A stretch of DNA of 64,000 nucleotides from the human T2T-CHM13v2.0 reference genome, Homo sapiens, in assembly GCF_009914755.1 (NCBI RefSeq), contig NC_060926.1. One strand, written 5' to 3'. The translations under genes and the position numbers were made by a program. The notes beneath the pieces are model-generated. The model made no database searches. It was given only the letters and a program-made list of their open reading frames with translations, and had not been told where the DNA came from. This document shows positions 57,038-64,000 of this stretch, piece after piece. The first letter of the stretch is position 1. Each line of letters starts with the position of its first letter.

Positions 57038-57038
<1 letters not shown>

Positions 57039-57072
57039 TATTGGGGGGCTGTCGAGGGGTGTGGGAGTGTCA

Positions 57073-57332
57073 TGTCAAAACCCTATTAACCCTATTGAGG
57101 ATTCAAGAGGCCAAAGAAGAGACCCAGAGCCAGCAAACAAGACATGGGGTTTTACTGGGGGCTTACACACAGAGGGGAGAGTCCAGTGGCACGTGCTGGA
57201 CAGGAGAACTGCAATCGCTTGCAAATAGCATGCAGGTTATACAGCATTTTCACTTAACATCCTCCCCCTAACGACCTCCGCCCAGCAATCTTCATTTAAC
57301 CCAAAACTCAGGGCCTCGAACCCCTGCATGGT
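57073..57332 (-). mobile_element. LTR47-like ERVL LTR fragment
   Basis: tgtcaaaaccctattaacc...ttcaagaggccaaagaagagacccagagccagcaaacaagacatggggtttta. Confidence 0.65.
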
Positions 57333-58846
57333 GTGTAGGGGGTGTGTGGTGCACGTGTGTATACTCTAGAGATCCAAGTGTTGGAATTCATTGCCCACAT
57401 TACTTGCTTTGCCACATGCACCTATGTAACTCCACCACTCTAAGATGATACCTGGTCTCAGGAAGTTTTGAGCTCAGAATCCTAAGTGTTGAGCTTAGGA
57501 TCTTTGTTGCTCCTCATGCCCCAAAACTATTACTAAATTGCTTGCCTGGATTCTGGCCTCACCTTACTCCACGTACTTTTAGTCGACATTTTGTTTTGTT
57601 TCCACCTGTTAGACCTGCTGGGCTTGTCTTATCCGAGGACACCTGGCCCTGCTGGGCCCTTTTGGTACTAGTCTCTTCCTCAGTTCCACCCTCTGCTCTG
57701 ATCTCCAATCTCCAGTCCCCCTCTGCTTCCTGCCTACACTGTCTCGCACTCTACCTGGACGTCTTTTTCTCTTCCTGGATCTCCTGACATTGCTGTTTCC
57801 TTTGACAGAGGCTCCTAGGCGTGCCTACCTAATCTCCAGATCCCAGCCTTGCTGGTCTATCACATCCCTCTACTAAAGAAACCCACTTCTGACTTGTGGT
57901 GTATGTAGACAGACCTTTAAGGACTCTGTTTACTCAGCAATTGAAGCCTAAGGAGATTTCTTACCACTTTCTTTTTTGGATCAGAATGATCTTTTTTGTA
58001 GAACAGTATTTTAAAGCAGCTACCTGCAATTTCAAGAATGGTAAACTTTAGCAATTGTAAAACAAGTATAACTTCCAGTCTTGGAAAGCAAACCACAGAT
58101 CCACATAGCTTATAATGTCTGCCCAAAATAAGAAGGACTGCTGCATATTTTATAAGTTCAGGGAGTTGTGATATCCTCCTATGCCATTGAATGTTGTAAA
58201 CAACATATTGGGCTTAGAAATAACTTTTCAATTTCCCGTAAGACTCTCTACCTCATCCTGGCTCTGCCCCTTCTGGTCCTACATTCTTACCTTGAATCCA
58301 TGCCCCAACTTCTTTCCCAACTCTAGCACTGACAGTTACCATGATAGGAGAAGTTTGCAATTTTTTTAGGAAAATAAATAAATACATTAATGTAACCATC
58401 ATTACTTGGAAGTTTTAATTGTTTTATGCTGGTTGGATATTACTACTTTTAACTCACAACATCCAGTTGTTGTGAAATATCTAATAAGTTCATAATTTCA
58501 GCTCTCAAGAGTTCTGATTTATTCCCTGATACATAACTCATCCACTCTGCTATCTTGTTCAGAGCACCAAAGCAGGAATTAGGCAACAGAGAACAAGACA
58601 GGAAACCTCTCGTTGAAACACAAAAAGCAAAGGTCCAGGTAGGCAGACAGGATTAGCTCCCATCCCTCTCCTCCCTTCTCCTGTTTAAGGAATTACTCCA
58701 GCAAGTCTCTTCCCTCTCTTACATCAAGTTTTCTGTTCCTAATGTATCATTTCCATCAATCTGCAACTTGAGACATCAAATAATGATTTTAGCTTCCCTT
58801 CTCCCTCAAACCACTCTCCACTTTCAAAACAAACACCCAGCAACCA

Positions 58847-58886
58847 ACACACATACACACACACACAGACACACACACACACACAC
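58847..58886. repeat. Interrupted (CA)n
   Basis: Direct inspection. Confidence 0.9.
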
Positions 58887-59303
58887 TTCCAGAGAACAAA
58901 ATATAAAACAAGTTGGGAAACTGCATTGGAGAAAAGAAGTAAAAATTATAATTAAGACACCCACACACCACTTCCTACTGCCACCTCAGAGACAGAATGG
59001 GTGCCTGAGAGAATTTCCCCAGAAGTGTGACAGTGATTTTGAGTGGAGGGAATTGCTGACCACTTCTCTGGCAGACCCAGCAGGATGCCTGATATGGCAT
59101 GGACAAATGGTCAGCAGAGAGAAGGAGGAGGGAAATTAGGCAAGATAAGGCAAGCATCACCTCTGGTTTCATAAGCAGCCAAGTGTGGTGGAGTGGGGAT
59201 TTCTAGTTTTTTCATGAACTTAAGAGTAGATATTTGAAGATACCTAGAGAGAAGATCCAGCTTGCTAACTAGCCTCAAAAGAGGCCAGCCAGAAGAATGA
59301 AGG

Positions 59304-59657
59304 TGTATTAGTCCGTTTTCACGCTGCTGATAAAGACATACCCAAGACTGGGCAATTTACAAAAGAAAGAGGTTTAATGGACTTACAGTTCCACATGGCT
59401 GGGGAAGCCTCACAATCACGGCTGAAGGCAAGGAGGAGTGAGTCACATCTTACATGGATGGCAGCAGGCAAAGAGAAAGAGCCTGTGTAGGCGCACTCCT
59501 CTTTTTAAAACCATCAGATCTCGAGACTTATTCATTATCACAAGAACAGCACAGGAAAGACCTGCCCCCATGATTCAATTACCTTCCACCGGGTCCCTCC
59601 CACAACATGTGGGAATTCAAGATGAGATTTGAGTGGAGACACACCCAAACCATATCA
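59304..59657 (-). mobile_element. THE1 (THE1A/B-like) MaLR solo LTR
   Basis: tgtattagtccgttttcacgctgctgataaagacatacc...aaaccatatca; perfect 5-bp TSD gaagg (59299-59303 and 59658-59662). Confidence 0.96.
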
Positions 59658-61026
59658 GAAGGGAACCACACTCTTGAAAATTGGAGAGCAGGGGAGGGGA
59701 AGCAGTGGTGCCTCCACAGGATCCCCTGCAGTACTCTGTAAAGAGCACCAGCCCAGACGCCAAAGATCATCCCATGTGACACACAAGAGAGCCAACACTG
59801 GAAGTCATCCATGCCTAGAGGCTCAACCATGGACATCAGTAGCTGGACTGCATTAGCATTCCAGTGGGAAACAAAAAATAAGGGAGTGAACCAACTTTTA
59901 TGTTGCCAAACTGTACCCGGGCACATAAACGAACTCCCCGTCTGCCTTACACTGCCAGGGGATGGACCCTGAAGCTCAATGGGATAGCATCAGGACCATG
60001 AGTGGGGAAGAGAAGCCTCAGAGAGGGAGCTGTGAACTGTGATGTGAAGCAGATAGTAACCTGTCAATTTGACTGATGATTTACACAACAGAAAGTTTTT
60101 AAATGTAGTTGACTGAAATACATGGTCATGACAAGATTGTTTTCTGCTGCCCGGTGAAAATAGTGGCTTTAAAAAGAATTAAATTCTGTTAAATAAATAT
60201 ATATTTTTCCCATCTCACTTGTAATCACTTAACTGACTTCTGATGGCATATACGCCTAAAAGTCAGAAGGAAGAGAGCTGACCTATTGTGAAGAGGACTG
60301 AGACATTGAATAATGAATTGAATGAGATCACAGTGATGATGTCAGGCAGAGGATATTAGCCTGATGTTAAGACTAGTTTTCTAGGTCCAAAGTGAATCCA
60401 AAAACAGGTTTTTTTCTACCCAGGGAAGTGTACCTTCACACAGGAACACAGACTTACAGAACATGATATTAATGAAAAGGACAAGCAGAGTTTAACGCCT
60501 CCTCCCAACTTCTCAAATCCAGTGGGAAAGAAAAGGTGTACTTCTAGCCACAGAGAGGAGATCATTTCTTCTCAACATTCCAAGCAGGGTGTGGCCCACG
60601 CTGATGACTGAGGAGTCATGTTGGGGAATGGGTCCAGCTCAGTGGCCAGAGGGCCTTGAGAAACTGGCTTCTTTATCATCAGTCCAGCTCAGGGAAGTCC
60701 TTTCATCAGAAAAACCTAGGAGATGCAATGCAGCAGCATGGGTCAAATATTTGTCCCACTGTCTAATGCTCCTCAGAAAGACACCAGGAGGCCCCTCTTC
60801 AAATAAGGCAGCTGATTTTAGTCTTACTTATCGGGAATGTCCAGGCAAACGGCAAGTAGCCTAGACACACTGAGAAGCCAGCCTCCAAGCATAGCGGGGT
60901 GGTCAGGAAGACAGGAGCTGAAGTTTTTCAAGGACATGGGGTGGGTGGGGAGAAAGGAATGAACAAGCATTTTTAAATGCACAATTAAAAGCCAATTAGA
61001 CCATTTTGCTTCAAAAATCAAAGTAG

Positions 61027-61461
<435 letters not shown>

Positions 61462-62921
61462 CTACCGTGAAGGAAGGCCAATCCACGGAGGACTGTCTAA
61501 GAGATCCCTCACCGAGCCTCCTTCACTGCCAATTTCTTAATACGTCTTTACTGCATACTACAAAACTCTATCATAGTTTCAGAGTGCCACTGAGGAAATG
61601 GAACTATTAGTGTCCATACATGTTTATATACAGAAATGAAATATTTTAAAATTTCTTCTAATTTAATTATAAAAATATTTCTGCCACTAACAGAACCCAG
61701 TGTACATTTAACCAAGCATGAGGTCTGAGCAAAGAAAAATAAGCTGTATAGATAGTGGCAAGTCAAACAAATATCTGCATAAATAATCTTTATATTTTTA
61801 TTATTTGTATGGCTCCCCAATTACAATTACAAAAGAGTTGAGAGATAAGAAATCATTGAATTCTGTTTTAAAATAGCCTGGAATCTTAATCTCCACCGTA
61901 ACCTGCCAAAATATTTAAGAAGATATTTAACTACACTCTCACTTGGCTTCATTTAATTTTTTATAAATGTGTTTACCATCATGATTATAACTTTGAAAAT
62001 ATTACCTTATAAATATTTTATCAACAAGAAGTTGTAGCACTCCCCCACCCACTGACTTTGAGAGAAAACAAAACTGTCTTTCTTGATTTGAGCGGAAGAA
62101 AATTTTCCATATATATCCACAAGTTTTGACAAATTTTGTCGTGAGTCATTCTGAATGGAAGCTTCTAAATTCCAGTGTGAGAGGCTTGCGAAGGACATCA
62201 GTTATTGAGCTTTCAGGATTGAAACTCTGCTGTTATTTTGTGATACCAATCTCGGTAATATAGAGATAATTCCGCTAATGTACTTGGAAGAGCTACAGTG
62301 AGATTGGATTCAAAGGATGTTTGTTAGAAATTAGATGTGTTTTCCTCCTATAGTTAATAGCTTTAAAAAGTAGTGATACTATCCTACTTCCTGACACACA
62401 TGTAAAAGCATCAACGTCTTCTTTTATCTCAGTTTGCCTTTTAGCAGAAAATTACTTGAACTTCCAATGGTGTTAACTTATAGAAAAATGAGAAAGGGGC
62501 ATTTTGACTTTCTTTAAAAGATAGTACCGGCCTCTGCCCTAGACCAAATCCTTTGAGCCTGATTTCAAAGACTAAGTAAATGATACATGAGCACACTGAT
62601 AGCCTTATGGCTGCAAATCATTCTCTACCTCTAGAATCTAAAAAAAAAAAAAGAAGAGAGAAGATAATGGTTCAGAAGAAAAGCACAAGAATTTGGGGGA
62701 AGGGGAAGAGTGGCAATAAAAACGTATGCCTGTTGAAGGGTTTTTTTAAACCACTTCCTGAAATAACTGGCAAAATAAAGCCTCTAAATGTTTAAGCCAA
62801 ATTAAATTGCTTACAAATGATCAGTAAAACATGGTTGCCATGGTTTCAAGTGCCCACAATGTGATGTATGGGCTAAATACTGCCTTGCAGCAAAAATGCT
62901 TGTGTATTAAGCATGAGCCAC

Positions 62922-62945
62922 AAAAAAAAAAAAAAAAAAAAAAAA
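62922..62945. repeat. Poly(A) run of about 24 nt
   Basis: Direct inspection. Confidence 0.9.
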
Positions 62946-63394
62946 CCTAATTATCGTGTTCTTAGGTGTTCAAAATCTTTCAAAAATAAAATAATGATTA
63001 ATTATAATTTTTTAAGTGTCAGCTGATCTTACCTGTTAGTGTGACTGCCATCAGCCGTTCCTGCTCCAAGTCCTGAGGCTTATCTTTGCACTAAAACCCA
63101 AGCCCTCCCCAGATGTCTAGCAGAAAACTGAATGGCCTCTGATCATGATAAAGTCACAGACAGCCTCTGACCCTACAGGTATCCTAAATGCTCAATAAGA
63201 AAACCTTGATTTTCTAGGAAGTTGTTTAAAGCCATTTTCCCAAAAGAATCTGAAACTTCATCGTGGGTTCGGGTTTTGTTTTTGTTTTTGTTTAATTTCA
63301 CCAAAGAAGACCCTTATTTTCTATTCCTTTACCCCTTATTTCCTCCATCACACTCCAATATGGAATTTTGTGGACTTAAAAATCAGTCCCTTGA

Positions 63395-64000
63395 TCAGTG
63401 AATATTTATTGAGTAGTACTATTAGGCCAGATGTTATTTAGACATTAAGGTTACAAAGATAAATAAGATATAGCTTCTTTCCTCATAGAAGACATTGGTT
63501 AGTGAGTCTAATTTTTTAGACCAGTAATTTCTAATATATTGTGGTAAAGCAGTGGTAGAAATATGGGCAGCATGTTATTCACAGAAGAAAGAGCACAGAG
63601 GAGAGGCACAAACTTTAGCCTGGGAAATCCAAGAGAGCCAGGAATCTTCCTAGAGTTTACCCTTGACTTGTATGTCAGCCCATAGTAGGAATTAGCCAAG
63701 TGTAAGGGGAAGCTGAAGAGAATTCCAGTTGGAGGAAGAGCAGAGTCCCAACTCAGTATGTTCAAGGAATTATAATACCGTATGTCCCAATGTGGCATAA
63801 TATGTCAGGTAAGAGGTGGCACAAGATGAAGTTGGAGAGATGGACAAAAATGAGGTCCTAGATTCTCATGATATGATTTTTATCCTAGACTCTTGTAGGA
63901 TCCTAAATCCTATTGGTTCTGTTTCTCTGGAGAACCAGCCATGTTTAGGAATACAAGGTTAATGTGGAGTCATTGAAGGTTTTGGGTAGGAGAGTCATGT
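63395..64000 (-). mobile_element. L2 fragment(s)
   Basis: gaatatttattgagtagtactattaggccagatg; gatgaagttggagagatggaca; gagtcattgaaggttttgggtaggagagt. Confidence 0.8.

Overview
Human genomic DNA (a human-specific AluYb8 is present), AT-rich and repeat-dense, either intergenic or deep intronic. I found no convincing protein-coding exon and no CpG-island promoter. The only ORF with a recognisable product (48034-48360) belongs to a full-length FABP5 processed pseudogene inserted into a MIR. The rest is a fossil record of mobile DNA: about 17 Alus including a FAM monomer, a BC200 (BCYRN1) retrocopy, L1/L2/CR1/MIR fragments, MaLR and ERV solo LTRs, Tigger3, MER5 elements and a solo Hsmar1/MADE1 terminal inverted repeat (TIR). 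Two very old transposase relics are readable only by manual translation: a hAT-Charlie type at about 10.2-11.4 kb and a pogo/Tigger type at about 39.9-40.6 kb. Several nested insertions retain readable target-site duplications (TSDs). I see no evidence for a novel biological system. Repeat subfamily names come from recalled consensus motifs, not from a database search, and boundaries of old repeats are approximate.
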